Source of the DNA: Actinomycetes bacterium
GTDB lineage: Bacteria > Actinomycetota > Acidimicrobiia > Acidimicrobiales > JAJZJN01
Length of the DNA: 51,679 nucleotides
Direction of reading: 5' to 3'
NCBI GenBank assembly: GCA_021851165.1
Contig: JAJZJN010000002.1
Coordinates: 1 to 51,679, forward strand
Shown here piece by piece: positions 18,098 through 28,733 of the stretch. Under the pieces are notes generated by a model. The model worked only from the letters and a program-made list of their open reading frames with translations, did no database searches and was not told the origin of the DNA. The position numbers and the translations under genes were made by a program. The first letter of the stretch is position 1. Every line of letters starts with the position of its first letter.

Positions 18098-19135
18098 GTG
18101 ACGGTTATCGCGCGACTGCGAGCCGCCGCCGGCACAGCCACCAGGTGCGTGCGATGCCACGGCAGCGCATCGGCCGGGATCCTGGTGATCGTCATGTCGG
18201 CGACCATACCCCTCGTCCAGGTTCCATCGCCTGCGTGGGCTCTGTCTGGCGCGCGTGGCCCCGGCATCTCGCCGAGCAGCCAGATAGCCGCTCTCAGCAC
18301 GCAGGTGATGGACGGCGGTGCTCGTCTGCATGCTCTTGCCGTAACAGCCGCCGAGGCCGAGCAGGCAGCAGAGCAGGCAGCGAGTAAGGTAGCCCAGGTG
18401 CATGCCGAGGTCGCCACGCGCACCCGCGAGCTCGATCAGGCAAAGGCCGCCCTGCTGGCCCAGGCACTGTCGCAATACACTCACAGTGCCCCGCTCGGGA
18501 AGGTCGCGTCGCTGTTCACCGGCAATATAGAGACTGCCGGTATCGCGAACGAGTACACGTCGGTGGTGATGGGCAACGAGACGAACGCGATAGTCAGCTT
18601 CCGCCGGGCCCGGGTTCAATTGGCCGAAACCGAGGCCAGCCTAGCCGTAGCGTCCGGGGCTGCGACGAAGCGCTGGCAGGATGTCCTGGTCCAGGAGCAG
18701 TCGCTTCAGGGGCAGATAGCCACCGAAGACAGTCTGCTCGGCCAGGCGCGCCGCCGCCTGGCGGCCGAGATGGCTGCTGCCAATGCGGCCAGACAGGCGG
18801 CCGCCGCTCGGCGTGCAGCCGCCGTGCTCGCCAGCGCACCTCAGGCAGTACCCGTGTCGGTGCTCGTAGCACCACCTGGCAACCAGGGCAGCTCCCTTGC
18901 CGAGGATATGGCGCGCCTGCGCCAGTGCGAGTCGGGTGACGACTACAGCCTCGACACGGGGAACGGATACTACGGGGCGTACCAGTTCTCGGCTCAGACC
19001 TGGAGTGGGCTCGGGTACCCGGGCCTGCCCAACCAAGCCCCGCCGCCTACCCAGGACCAGGCAGCTCTGACTTTGCATTCCGAGAGCGGCTGGAGCTCCT
19101 GGCCGGCCTGCTCAGCGATGCTCGGCCTCGATTGA
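18098..19135 (+). CDS. Secreted coiled-coil protein with C-terminal Rpf (resuscitation-promoting factor) transglycosylase domain
   Basis: RLRQCESG, TGNGYYGAYQF..QTW, Q...A..L, GWSSWPAC; Ala/Gln/Glu-rich helical stalk; hydrophobic N-terminal stretch. Confidence 0.88.
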   Translation: MTVIARLRAAAGTATRCVRCHGSASAGILVIVMSATIPLVQVPSPAWALSGARGPGISPSSQIAALSTQVMDGGARLHALAVTAAEAEQAAEQAASKVAQVHAEVATRTRELDQAKAALLAQALSQYTHSAPLGKVASLFTGNIETAGIANEYTSVVMGNETNAIVSFRRARVQLAETEASLAVASGAATKRWQDVLVQEQSLQGQIATEDSLLGQARRRLAAEMAAANAARQAAAARRAAAVLASAPQAVPVSVLVAPPGNQGSSLAEDMARLRQCESGDDYSLDTGNGYYGAYQFSAQTWSGLGYPGLPNQAPPPTQDQAALTLHSESGWSSWPACSAMLGLD

Positions 19136-19193
19136 CTACGAAGCAGAGTCCCCCCTGATGCCTCTGCTGGCCCATGCAAGCTGTGGTCCGCGC

Positions 19194-20195
19194 ATGCCCG
19201 AAAGCTGCGCTGTGGTCACCACTGGGCTCACGAAGCGCTTCGGGCACCGGGTGGCAGTCGATAGCCTCGACCTCGCCATTCCCGAAGGATCCATCTCGGG
19301 ATTCGTCGGTCCGAACGGTGCGGGCAAGACCACCACCATTCGCATGCTGCTCGGCCTCATGCGCCCCACTGCCGGCAGCGGCACGGTTCTCGGCTATCCG
19401 TTGAGCCAGTACAAGTCCTACCTGGCCAAGGTGGGCGCTCTCATAGAGGGTCCCACCTTCCATCCCGCGCTCTCGGGTTGGGACAACCTCGCTGTCCTGG
19501 CTCGCCTTGGAGGCATAGCCTCGGCGCGGATAGCAGAGGTGCTCGATCGTGTCGGGCTCGGTGATCGTGGCCACGATCCGACCAGGACATATTCCCTTGG
19601 CATGCGCCAGAGGCTCGGCATCGCTGCAGCCATGCTGCCCGATCCGGCGCTCCTGGTGCTCGACGAGCCGACCAACGGTCTCGACCCTCATGGCATCGCC
19701 GAGATCCGTGCGATGCTGCGGTCCTTCGCCGATGAGGGAAGGACGGTGTTTGTGTCGTCCCACCTGCTTACCGAGATCCAGCAGGTCTGCGAACATCTAG
19801 TGGTCATAGAAGGCGGCCACCTGGTATTCCAGGGCAGCGTCGCGCAGCTGCTCGCCTCGCGCGCTCCGGAGCTCGCAGTGCGTACCGAGAGCCCCGACGA
19901 CGTCGATCGCCTGGTTGCCCTGGTGAGAAGGCACGGACATGCCGCAACGGTCTCGGGCCGAGGTGCCGAGGCGACAGTCACGGTCTCGGCCAGCTGTGGC
20001 TGGGCCGGGGAGCTGAACCGGCTCGCGATGGCCGAGGGCATGACTCTCGTCCATATCGCCGAGCGACACTCGACGCTCGAGGAGGCATTCTTCGAGATAA
20101 CCGGGAGCTGCACCGAGGAGTCCAGGGAGCGCCGGACCCAGGCAGTCCACACGGAGACGAGCGATCCTCCGAAGGTCGAGGAGCACACTCGATGA
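19194..20195 (+). CDS. ABC-2 type exporter ATP-binding protein
   Basis: GPNGAGKTT, YSLGMRQRLG, LDEPTNGLDP, VSSHLL. Confidence 0.93.
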   Translation: MPESCAVVTTGLTKRFGHRVAVDSLDLAIPEGSISGFVGPNGAGKTTTIRMLLGLMRPTAGSGTVLGYPLSQYKSYLAKVGALIEGPTFHPALSGWDNLAVLARLGGIASARIAEVLDRVGLGDRGHDPTRTYSLGMRQRLGIAAAMLPDPALLVLDEPTNGLDPHGIAEIRAMLRSFADEGRTVFVSSHLLTEIQQVCEHLVVIEGGHLVFQGSVAQLLASRAPELAVRTESPDDVDRLVALVRRHGHAATVSGRGAEATVTVSASCGWAGELNRLAMAEGMTLVHIAERHSTLEEAFFEITGSCTEESRERRTQAVHTETSDPPKVEEHTR

Positions 20196-20977
20196 TCTTC
20201 CGGCCTTTCAAGAGCGAGTGGATCAAGCTTCGTAGGCGGCGCCTATGGTACGGCAGCTACGGGGCGATAGCCGGGGTAGTGGTCATGACCACGGTGGTGA
20301 GGATCGCCGGGGCCACTCACAGGGTCGGCTCGAGCGGTAACCTGACCCTCACCCAGCTGGCACGGGCCGGTGGTCTGGCGCAGGGCGTCACGGGGTCGAC
20401 GATCCTCCTCGGAGCGGTGTCGCTGTCCATAGCAGCCGCTCAATTTGGCGGTGAGTTTGCCCATGGGACGCTCAGGAACCTGCTCGTGCGCGAGCCGAGA
20501 CGGGCCCGGCTCATCGTCGGCAACGGCCTTGCCATCCTCAGCTTCATCGTGGGAGCGGTGGCGGCTGCCACGGTCGTCGACATCGGGGCTGCATTCGTGA
20601 TGGCCCATGCACGCGGGGTGACAACCGCAGCTTGGACCTCGGGAACCGGAATGGGGGATCTCGGCATAGCCGTGGGCGACATGGCCATAGCGGTCTGCGG
20701 ATTTGCGATCGTCGGGATGATCCTCGGGATCCTGCTCAAGTCATCGGTCATAGCCATAGCGACCGGGCTCGCGGTGCTGCTCCCGGTCGAGACGATCTTT
20801 ACCGACGCCGTCCCTGAGACCGCGCGCTGGCTGCCCGGCCACCTGCTCGAGGCCGTCGCACAGGGCGGAACCTCCGTCGCGGGATTCGCCGCCGCCCTGG
20901 TCACCGTATCTGCGTATCTAGCCGGGGCGGTGGCCGTCACACTGCTCGTCTTCGCCCGGCGCGACGTCACCTCCTGA
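20192..20977 (+). CDS. ABC-2 type exporter permease
   Basis: SEWIKLRR, GGEFAHGTLRNLL, FARRDV; ATGA overlap. Confidence 0.9.
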   Translation: MIFRPFKSEWIKLRRRRLWYGSYGAIAGVVVMTTVVRIAGATHRVGSSGNLTLTQLARAGGLAQGVTGSTILLGAVSLSIAAAQFGGEFAHGTLRNLLVREPRRARLIVGNGLAILSFIVGAVAAATVVDIGAAFVMAHARGVTTAAWTSGTGMGDLGIAVGDMAIAVCGFAIVGMILGILLKSSVIAIATGLAVLLPVETIFTDAVPETARWLPGHLLEAVAQGGTSVAGFAAALVTVSAYLAGAVAVTLLVFARRDVTS

Positions 20978-21166
20978 GTGGAGTGCCGCTAGCTACCAGG
21001 TCACGCTATGGGCACCGGCACCCCGAGGCGCCGCCCCGCTGCACGCTGATAACGCACCATGACGATTCACGCACAGCACGCCCCATCTAGTTTATAGTGC
21101 CTTTCTAGTCCACCATCCGTGGCTACAGGCGTCGCGGTGACCAAGGTGGCATACGAGGAGGGGAAG

Positions 21167-22414
21167 ATGGATACTTCTACCGGCACGTGGCGCGCGCGTG
21201 CACGGCGATCCCGCTGGATGGTGCTCCCTATGGCGGCAGTAGCCGCAGCGGCGCTCGCATCTTGCAGCTCGTCGAGCCCAAAGCCGACCACATCACCGAA
21301 GCCAACGTCGACCAGTACCGCATCGATACCCCAGGTAACGGCTGCTTCGTTCACCCGCACCTTCTCCACCATGGCGGATCTCAAGCCGCTGGCGGCCAAG
21401 GGCAAGGGCATGGTCGCTGCAATCCTGCCCGATACGGTGACGTCAGCGCGATACACGGAGTTCGACGCCCCGTATCTCACCAAGGCCTTCGAAACCGCAG
21501 GCTTGTCCTCATCGCAATTCGTCATCCAGAACGCCCAAGGCAGTGACGCTACCGAGTTGACCGATGCGCAGGCCGACATCGCCAAAGGTGCAAGCGTTCT
21601 CGTCATGGATCCGCTTGATTCCGGTGTCGGGGCCCAGATCGAGTCCTACGCGAAATCCCATGGCGTCGACGTGATCGACTACGACCGGCTGACCCTGGGC
21701 GGGAGCCGGGAATACTACGTGAGCTTCAACAACGTCGAGGTGGGCAAGCTGATCGGTCAGGGATTCGTCAGCTGCGTGGCTGCATGGCATGTCAAGAAGC
21801 CTCAGGTGATGGTGATGCGCGGGTCTCCCACCGACAACAACGCCACCTTGTTCGCCCAGGGATATGACAGCGTGCTGGCGCCCTACTTCAGCTCGGGTAA
21901 GTACTCCCTGGTCGCCCAGCCAGCCGGCACCTGGCAGCCGCCGAAGGCCGAGACCGAGTTCCAACAGGAGTACACCGCTCATCCGAACATCAACGCGGCA
22001 GTGACTCCGAACGACGAGAATACGGCGCCGATCATCACCTACCTGCAGACGCTGCACATACCACCCAAGACGTTCCCCCTCACGGGTCAGGATGCCACGT
22101 TGGTGGGCCTTCAGAACGTCCTGTCGGGGTACCAGTGCGGTACCGCATACAAGCCGATCTACCTCGAGGCGCAGGCTGCCGCTGCGCTGGCACTGTATCT
22201 GCGGGCAGGCCAGACACCTCCGTCCGGGCTGGTCAATGGCACGACGACCGATCCGCAGTCCCATACCCAGGTGCCCTCAGTGCTGTTGAAGCCAGAATGG
22301 GTTACGCCATCCAACATGGCCGCGACGGTGATAGCGGACAACTTCGTCCCGGCAGCACAGCTATGCGCCGGGGCCTACGCGACGGACTGCTCCGCAGCAG
22401 GCATCACCCCGTAG
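21167..22414 (+). CDS. Monosaccharide ABC substrate-binding lipoprotein (XylF/ChvE-like)
   Basis: Lipobox ALASC, LPDTVTSARY..FD, IDYDRL, YVSFNN, GSPTDNNA, TGQDA; GAGGAG RBS. Confidence 0.92.
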   Translation: MDTSTGTWRARARRSRWMVLPMAAVAAAALASCSSSSPKPTTSPKPTSTSTASIPQVTAASFTRTFSTMADLKPLAAKGKGMVAAILPDTVTSARYTEFDAPYLTKAFETAGLSSSQFVIQNAQGSDATELTDAQADIAKGASVLVMDPLDSGVGAQIESYAKSHGVDVIDYDRLTLGGSREYYVSFNNVEVGKLIGQGFVSCVAAWHVKKPQVMVMRGSPTDNNATLFAQGYDSVLAPYFSSGKYSLVAQPAGTWQPPKAETEFQQEYTAHPNINAAVTPNDENTAPIITYLQTLHIPPKTFPLTGQDATLVGLQNVLSGYQCGTAYKPIYLEAQAAAALALYLRAGQTPPSGLVNGTTTDPQSHTQVPSVLLKPEWVTPSNMAATVIADNFVPAAQLCAGAYATDCSAAGITP

Positions 22415-22464
22415 CGTTCTCCGCCTCTGGTGGGTCCCACGTCCATAGAGGGCATAGGACTGTT

Positions 22465-22506
22465 GGGCAGGCACCCGGCCCGCGTAGTGGAGCCGGGTGC
22501 CTGCCC
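22465..22506 (+). other. Perfect 15-bp stem-loop between binding-protein and ATPase genes
   Basis: GGGCAGGCACCCGGC-N12-GCCGGGTGCCTGCCC; no U-tract, so more likely an mRNA stabiliser or attenuator than a terminator. Confidence 0.75.
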
Positions 22507-22548
22507 CGAGGCAGGTGACCTGTTGACGATATCCGAGAAGGTGGTGCT

Positions 22549-23385
22549 GTGATGAGCTCGGGGCAGCCGTTATCCGAAACGGTCGTTCTCGCGGAAGGCA
22601 ACGTCGAGCCTCTCTTAAGGCTGAGAGGCGTGGGCAAGAGCTTCGGTCCGGTCCAAGCCCTAACTGACGTAGATCTGACTGTGCCGTTGGGTCAGGTCAC
22701 GGCGCTGGCAGGCGACAACGGGGCCGGCAAGTCGGTGCTCATAAAGACAGTGGCAGGAATCCACCCTCCCGATGCAGGGCAGATCTACTGGCAGGGCAAC
22801 CCGGTGCACATCCGCTCCCCGAGAGACGCGGCTGCCCTGGGGATAGAGACCGTTTACCAAGACCTGGCATTGTGCGACAACCTGGACATCGTCCAGAACA
22901 TGTTCCTGGGCCGAGAGCGCCTGCGCCGGGGCTTGCTTGATGAGGACAGCATGGAAAAGGCGGCAAAGGACACTCTGCTCAGCCTCTCGGTTACCACGGT
23001 CCGATCGATACGGCAGCCGGTCGCCTCGCTCTCCGGTGGTCAGCGCCAGGCCGTTGCCGTGGCCAAGGCAGCCCTGTGGACCTCCAAGCTCGTGATAATG
23101 GACGAGCCGACTGCGGCTCTGGGTGTGGCCGCCACCGGGATGGTGCTCGACCTAGTTAGGCACCTAGCGGCCCAGGGGGTCGCTGTTCTCGTGATATCGC
23201 ACAACTTGAACGACGTGTTCGCAGTTGCCGATCGCTTGGCGATCCTGCATCTCGGCCATATGGTCGCCGAGGGCCCGGCATCTGATTTCGACCGGCAGAT
23301 CGTCGTCGACTTCATGACTACCGGGAGATCCAGCCGTCGCAGCGGCGACGGGTTGGTTGACGGCGTAGGGAGATCAGGGGGCTGA
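22549..23385 (+). CDS. Monosaccharide ABC ATP-binding protein (single domain)
   Basis: GDNGAGKS, GIETVYQDLAL, LSGGQRQAVA, MDEPTAALG, ISHN. Confidence 0.95.
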   Translation: MMSSGQPLSETVVLAEGNVEPLLRLRGVGKSFGPVQALTDVDLTVPLGQVTALAGDNGAGKSVLIKTVAGIHPPDAGQIYWQGNPVHIRSPRDAAALGIETVYQDLALCDNLDIVQNMFLGRERLRRGLLDEDSMEKAAKDTLLSLSVTTVRSIRQPVASLSGGQRQAVAVAKAALWTSKLVIMDEPTAALGVAATGMVLDLVRHLAAQGVAVLVISHNLNDVFAVADRLAILHLGHMVAEGPASDFDRQIVVDFMTTGRSSRRSGDGLVDGVGRSGG

Positions 23386-23386
23386 C

Positions 23387-24769
23387 ATGTCTCAACATGA
23401 TGTAGAGGTGCCTGGCAACGCTGACGACACCTCGCCAGCACCGCAGGTCCGAGCGGAGGCGCTCGACTCGGCAGGTGTCCACGACCAGCACGCCGCGGCC
23501 CCTGGCCGTACGCCATTGGACGCGGCAGTAGTAGCTGCGCCAGAGGTGGTAAGCAACAGCTTCGGCGAGTACGTAAGAGCCTGGGCCAAACGCGTCCGGA
23601 GCGGAGAGAGCGGGGTCCTGCCAGTTCTGGGTGGACTTGTCGCCATCATCGTTATCTTCCAGGTCCAGGAGCCGGTCTTCCTGTCGGCGGGCAACCTGAT
23701 CAATCTCCTTGTCCAAGGAGCGGTCTTCATGCTCCTAGGCATGGGCGAGGTCTTTGCACTTCTCCTCGGAGAGATAGACCTCTCTATTGGCTACGTGGCG
23801 GGCGTAGGCGCCGTGATCGTCGCTGCTGTGGTCGCCTACCCTCACAGCTGGCCATGGTGGGCGGGCATAGCTGCCGGCCTGGCCGCAACCACCGCCATCG
23901 GAGCTTTGCAGGGAGCGCTGATCACGCGGCTGCACCTACCTTCGTTCGTCGTCACGCTGGCTGGTCTCCTGGGCTGGGAAGGCGTGATGATCTTCATCGT
24001 GGACAGCAGCGGCAGCGGTTCTGGCGGCACTATCCGTATCTCGAACAACATCCTAAACGACGTGGTCAACGGCAACATGAGCCCGATAGCGGGCTGGATC
24101 CTAATGGCCCTGGTGGTTGGTCTGTTCGCCTCGTTCACCGTCTTCCGTGACTCCCGGCGCCGTGCTGGCGGGCTCGTCACGCCGCCGGTGGGCGCGATGC
24201 TGCTCAAGATCATCATCGTCGCAGCGGCGGGAATCGTTCTCGTGGTCCTGGCCAACACCAACAGGGGTGTCCTCGTGCCGCTGAGAGGCGTTCCGTGGGT
24301 AGTGCCACTCCTGCTCGGCGTATTGGGCCTGTGGAGCTTCCTGCTCGGACGCACCCGCTATGGCCGCTACGTGTACGCGATCGGAGGCAATCCAGAGGCG
24401 GCCAGGCGCGCTGGGGTGAACCTGACCAGGATCAGAACAGTGGCGTTCGCCCTGTCGGGGCTGACTGCGGGGCTCGCAGGGATCGTCTATGAGTCCAGGC
24501 TGGGCTCGATCTCCATCAATATCGACGGGGGAACTCTGGTGCTCTATGCGGTGGCGGCGGCGGTTATCGGCGGCACGAGCCTCTTCGGAGGCCGCGGCAA
24601 ACCGCTTCATGCCGTGCTCGGGGGACTGGTCATAGCTGTCATCTACAACGGGCTGGGACTCCTTGGTGTCGGAGCGGCAACCGAGTACATAGCGACGGCC
24701 CTGGTCCTGCTGGCTGCGGTCACCGTTGACGCTGTGGCAAGACGAGGACGAACCCTGGGTACCTCCTGA
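23387..24769 (+). CDS. Monosaccharide ABC permease (XylH-like)
   Basis: [46 protein letters not shown]. Confidence 0.95.
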   Translation: MSQHDVEVPGNADDTSPAPQVRAEALDSAGVHDQHAAAPGRTPLDAAVVAAPEVVSNSFGEYVRAWAKRVRSGESGVLPVLGGLVAIIVIFQVQEPVFLSAGNLINLLVQGAVFMLLGMGEVFALLLGEIDLSIGYVAGVGAVIVAAVVAYPHSWPWWAGIAAGLAATTAIGALQGALITRLHLPSFVVTLAGLLGWEGVMIFIVDSSGSGSGGTIRISNNILNDVVNGNMSPIAGWILMALVVGLFASFTVFRDSRRRAGGLVTPPVGAMLLKIIIVAAAGIVLVVLANTNRGVLVPLRGVPWVVPLLLGVLGLWSFLLGRTRYGRYVYAIGGNPEAARRAGVNLTRIRTVAFALSGLTAGLAGIVYESRLGSISINIDGGTLVLYAVAAAVIGGTSLFGGRGKPLHAVLGGLVIAVIYNGLGLLGVGAATEYIATALVLLAAVTVDAVARRGRTLGTS

Positions 24770-24797
24770 CAATGACCGCCAAGCCGGAGAGCAGCCG

Positions 24798-26006
24798 GTG
24801 AGAATAACCGAAGCCCGGGTGATCGTCACCTGCCCCGGCCGCAACTTCGTTACCCTAAAGCTCTTCACCGACGACGGTCTGACCGGGGTGGGAGATGCCA
24901 CGTTGAACGGTCGGGAGCTCGCCGTGGCCAGCTACCTGACCGATCACGTCTGCCGGCTGCTCGTCGGGCGCGACGCTCATCTCATCGAAGACACCTGGCA
25001 ATATCTCTATCAGGGAAGCTACTGGCGGCGCGGACCGGTGACCATGGCTGCCATAGCCGCAGTTGACACAGCCCTCTGGGACATCAAGGGCAAAGCCGCC
25101 GGTCTGCCTGTCTACCAGCTACTCGGAGGACGATCCCGCGAGGGGGTTCTCGTCTACGGGCATGCCAACGGCGCGTCCGTCGAAGAGGTTATCGACGAGG
25201 TGGCCCGCTACGATGCGATGGGCTACAGGGCCGTACGGGTCCAGTGCGCTATCCCTGGCCTGTCCGATACCTATGGCGTGAGCACTGACAAGCTGTTCTA
25301 CGAGCCAGCCGACAGCCCCCTGCCTCGCGAGACGCGCTGGTCCAGCGAAAGCTATCTGGACTTCATCCCCACCGTGTTCAGCGCGCTGCGAGAGCGATTC
25401 GGCTTGCATATGCGCCTGCTCCACGACGTTCACCATCGCCTGACTCCCATTGAAGCCGCTCGTCTTTGCAAGAGCATGGAGCCATACGGCCTGTTGTGGA
25501 TCGAGGACCCGATACGCGAGGAATTACAGGAGGGCTTCCGTCTGATCCGCCAGCACACCACAGTGCCCATCGCTACAGGAGAGGTCTTCAACAGCATCTG
25601 GGACTGCACGCAGCTGATAACCGAGCAGCTCGTGGATTACATACGCGTCGCAGTGTCGCATGCCGGCGGGATAACCCACGTCCGCCGAATCTTCCAACTA
25701 GCCGATCTGTACCATGTGCGATCCGGCTCTCACGGTGCAACCGACCTCTCGCCGGTGAGCCTGGCGGCGGCACTCCACGTCGACACTGCCATTCCGAACT
25801 TCGGCATCCAGGAGTACATGCGGCACACGCCGGCGACCGACGAAGTGTTTCCGCACAGCTACTTCTATAACGATGGCGAGCTCCATCTCGGAGACGAGCC
25901 TGGGCTAGGGGTGGACATAGACGAGGCTGCTGCAGCGCGCTTCCCCTATAGGCCGGCATACCTGCCGGTGAACCGCCTCATCGACGGCACGGTGCATAGC
26001 TGGTGA
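24798..26006 (+). CDS. manD: D-mannonate dehydratase ManD/RspA (enolase superfamily)
   Basis: [58 protein letters not shown]; GGAG RBS before GTG 24798. Confidence 0.93.
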   Translation: MRITEARVIVTCPGRNFVTLKLFTDDGLTGVGDATLNGRELAVASYLTDHVCRLLVGRDAHLIEDTWQYLYQGSYWRRGPVTMAAIAAVDTALWDIKGKAAGLPVYQLLGGRSREGVLVYGHANGASVEEVIDEVARYDAMGYRAVRVQCAIPGLSDTYGVSTDKLFYEPADSPLPRETRWSSESYLDFIPTVFSALRERFGLHMRLLHDVHHRLTPIEAARLCKSMEPYGLLWIEDPIREELQEGFRLIRQHTTVPIATGEVFNSIWDCTQLITEQLVDYIRVAVSHAGGITHVRRIFQLADLYHVRSGSHGATDLSPVSLAAALHVDTAIPNFGIQEYMRHTPATDEVFPHSYFYNDGELHLGDEPGLGVDIDEAAAARFPYRPAYLPVNRLIDGTVHSW

Positions 26007-27514
26007 GCACCCCGGAGCCCTCTCCCCCGCGGCTCTCACTTGGCACCCTGAGCTCGCTCGGTTCCAGCCTGCGTCCAGCCATCGATCCTCGCGCGGTTGC
26101 AGTGGGTATCGTCCACCTGGGGCTGGGAGCCTTCCATCGAGCTCACCAAGCCATCTTCACCGAGGATGCGATGCTGGCCACCGGCGAGTTGTCATGGGGC
26201 ATATGCGGAGCCAGCGAGCGGAGCAGCGCCGCAGTTGACCGCCTGCGCCCCCAAGACGGCCTGTACACAGTCGCGGCCCGAGACGCCAACGACGAGGCGC
26301 TTCGCGTCGTAGGTGCTCTACGCGAGCAGCTCTTCGCCCTCGGCAACCCCACGGAGCTGCGCCAGCGCCTTTCGGACCCCACGGTGCATGTGGCAACCGT
26401 GACCGTGACCGAGAAGGGCTACCGCCATGATCCGGCCTCTGGCCACCTCAACCTGGAAGACCCGGAAGTGGCTGCCGACCTGGCAGGCCGTCCGCCAAGG
26501 ACCGTGGTATTCCAGCTCGTGGCAGGCCTACGGGCACGCTTTGCAGAGGGAGCCGGGCCGATTGCCATCGTCAGCTGCGACAACCTTCCAGGCAACGGAG
26601 TCCTGCTGCATCGACTCGTCAGTGAAGCCGCAGAGCACCTTCCCCCGCCAGAGGCTACGGCCCTTCTCGACTGGATGGCCGCGAATGTCACGTTCCCCTC
26701 CACACTTGTCGACAGGATCGTGCCGGCCACCACGGCTGCCGACGTGGCCCATATCTCTGCCAGGCTAGGACTTCACGATGCTGCTCCGGTTGTCACCGAG
26801 CCGTTCAGTCAGTGGGTGATCGAGGACGCTTTTCGCGCGTCTCGCCCGGCATGGGACACCGCGGGTGCCCTCATCACGCGCGACGTGGTTCCGTACGAGA
26901 CCATGAAGCTCCGTCTTTTGAACGCCAGCCATTCCGCGATTGCCTACCTGGGTGGCCTCGCCGGATGTGCAACAGTTGCCGAGGCTCTGGACAACTCCGA
27001 CTTGGCCGACTATGCGAAGCGCCTGATGGACGAGGACGCGTCCCCGACGTTGAGGGTTCCCGATGGGTTCGATCTTGCAGCGTACAAGGCATCGATCCTT
27101 GCCCGCCTGGCAAACCCAGCGCTTACGCACAGTCTTGCCCAGATCGCGGCGGATGGATCTCAGAAGCTGCCGGTCCGACTGCTCGCGACAGCCCGGGATG
27201 CTCTTGCCGGTGGTACCGATTTCCGCTGGGTAGCACTCGCCGTCGCTGGTTGGATGCGATACATGACAGTCCGGCAGGCCGATGACGCGAGCCCCATAGT
27301 GCCTGACGATCCTCTAGCCGGCGCCGTGTCACATGCCGCGGCCGGTGCGGACAACCCTCGCTCTCTCGTCGCCAGATTGCTTGGAATCGAGGAGATCTTC
27401 GGTCCTGACCTGCGAGAATCCGCTGCGTTCTCCCAGATGCTCGTTGGGGACGTAGATCACCTCGCTGCAGATGGCGCGCTTCGCACGATTGCCATGGCAC
27501 TGCACGGGCGATGA
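26003..27514 (+). CDS. Mannitol dehydrogenase family protein (UxuB-like mannonate oxidoreductase)
   Basis: [57 protein letters not shown]. Confidence 0.92.
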   Translation: MSTPEPSPPRLSLGTLSSLGSSLRPAIDPRAVAVGIVHLGLGAFHRAHQAIFTEDAMLATGELSWGICGASERSSAAVDRLRPQDGLYTVAARDANDEALRVVGALREQLFALGNPTELRQRLSDPTVHVATVTVTEKGYRHDPASGHLNLEDPEVAADLAGRPPRTVVFQLVAGLRARFAEGAGPIAIVSCDNLPGNGVLLHRLVSEAAEHLPPPEATALLDWMAANVTFPSTLVDRIVPATTAADVAHISARLGLHDAAPVVTEPFSQWVIEDAFRASRPAWDTAGALITRDVVPYETMKLRLLNASHSAIAYLGGLAGCATVAEALDNSDLADYAKRLMDEDASPTLRVPDGFDLAAYKASILARLANPALTHSLAQIAADGSQKLPVRLLATARDALAGGTDFRWVALAVAGWMRYMTVRQADDASPIVPDDPLAGAVSHAAAGADNPRSLVARLLGIEEIFGPDLRESAAFSQMLVGDVDHLAADGALRTIAMALHGR

Positions 27515-28641
27515 CCGAGCCGGCTGCGCTGCGAGCTGCCTTGATCGGCTACGGTCTCTCGGGCCGCTTCTTTCACGCGCCTTTCCTCACTACGACCCCC
27601 GGCCTCAGGCTCAGCAGCATCGTCACCTCCGATTCGCAGCGGAAGTCGCAAGCACAAGCCGATCATCCAGGTGTCACGGTGTTCAACCATCCAGATGACC
27701 TATGGGCAAGGGCCGGTGAACATGATCTCGTTGTCGTAGCCACCGCGACGCCGTCACACGCGTCTCTTGCGATCCAGGCGATAGAGGCTCGATTGCCTGT
27801 AGTCGTGGAGAAGCCGCTCGCGCCCGATGCCCGCACCGCTCGGGCGTTGGCCGATCTAGCACGACTCCGTGGCATCCCGCTGACCGTCTTTCACAACCGT
27901 CGCTGGGACGCGCGAGCGGCCTTGGACCCGTCGGGCGGACTTATCCCGCTGACCGTCTTTCACAACCGTCGCTGGGACAGCGACCAATGCACCCTGCGAC
28001 TGCTCCTCGCGGCCGGGAAGCTGGGCCGCGTCTATCGCTACGAGGCGCGATTCGAGCGATGGTGACCAGATGCGCGGCCGGGGAGCTGGCGCGACCGTCT
28101 GGCTACAGAAGGTGGGGGGGGCGTGCTCCTCGACCTTGGCAGCCATCTCGTCGACCAGGCGATCGAGCTATTCGGCGCGGTGACACACGTCTACGCGGAG
28201 GTCGTGGCCCACGACCACCCTGCCGATAACGAATCCTTCGTGGCCATGACTCATTCCTGCGGAGTGCGGTCTCATCTGTCGATGGGATCGGTTTTCGCCG
28301 GACCAGGACCGCGACTACGTGTCCTGGGGAGCAGGGCTGCTTTCATCGTCGAACACCTTGACGGCCAGGAAGCGGCACTACGAGCGGGCCGCCTCCCAAG
28401 CGAGCCAGCCTTCGGGACGGAAGCTCCAGAGTCCTTCGGTCAGCTGCATATCGGAAACCTGAGCGAGGTTGTCCCGAGCGAGCCTGGCAGGTGGCAGTCG
28501 TTCTACTCGTCGCTGGTCGAATCCCTGACCGAAGGCACTCCCCTGCCTGTCGACGCACTCGATGCCGTGAAGGTTGTCGAAGTTCTCGACGCAGCGCGCC
28601 GCAGCTCCGAGTCGCACACGGTGCAGTGCATGGAACTGTAG
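27511..28641 (+). pseudogene. Gfo/Idh/MocA oxidoreductase pseudogene (in-frame 69-bp insertion plus premature TGA)
   Basis: ORFs 27511-28065 and 28123-28641 are in the same frame; reading through gives FERW*PDARPGSWR..GGGVLLDLGSHLVDQA. TGA 28063-28065 sits where Arg (CGA) is expected. VFHNRRWD is duplicated. Confidence 0.85.
27874..27978. repeat. 36-bp exact direct repeat flanking a 33-bp unique insert
   Basis: ATCCCGCTGACCGTCTTTCACAACCGTCGCTGGGAC at 27874-27909 and 27943-27978; insert GCGCGAGCGGCCTTGGACCCGTCGGGCGGACTT. Confidence 0.95.
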
Positions 28642-28733
28642 CGAAGCAGTGGCGCTCTGCTATCAGCCGACCCACAATCTCGGGTGCCCCCGGAGCGCAC
28701 ATTTCCAGGCACGTGGCGACAAACGAAGATCCC

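Noticed and set aside
27874-27978. Annotating the 36/33/36 unit as a bona fide CRISPR array
   Set aside because: Only two repeats, no leader or cas genes, and the repeat is native coding sequence; kept as a repeat plus a hypothesis.
28063-28065. Selenocysteine or programmed read-through at the in-frame TGA
   Set aside because: The position corresponds to Arg in the FERWRP motif, not Cys, and the gene carries a second lesion.
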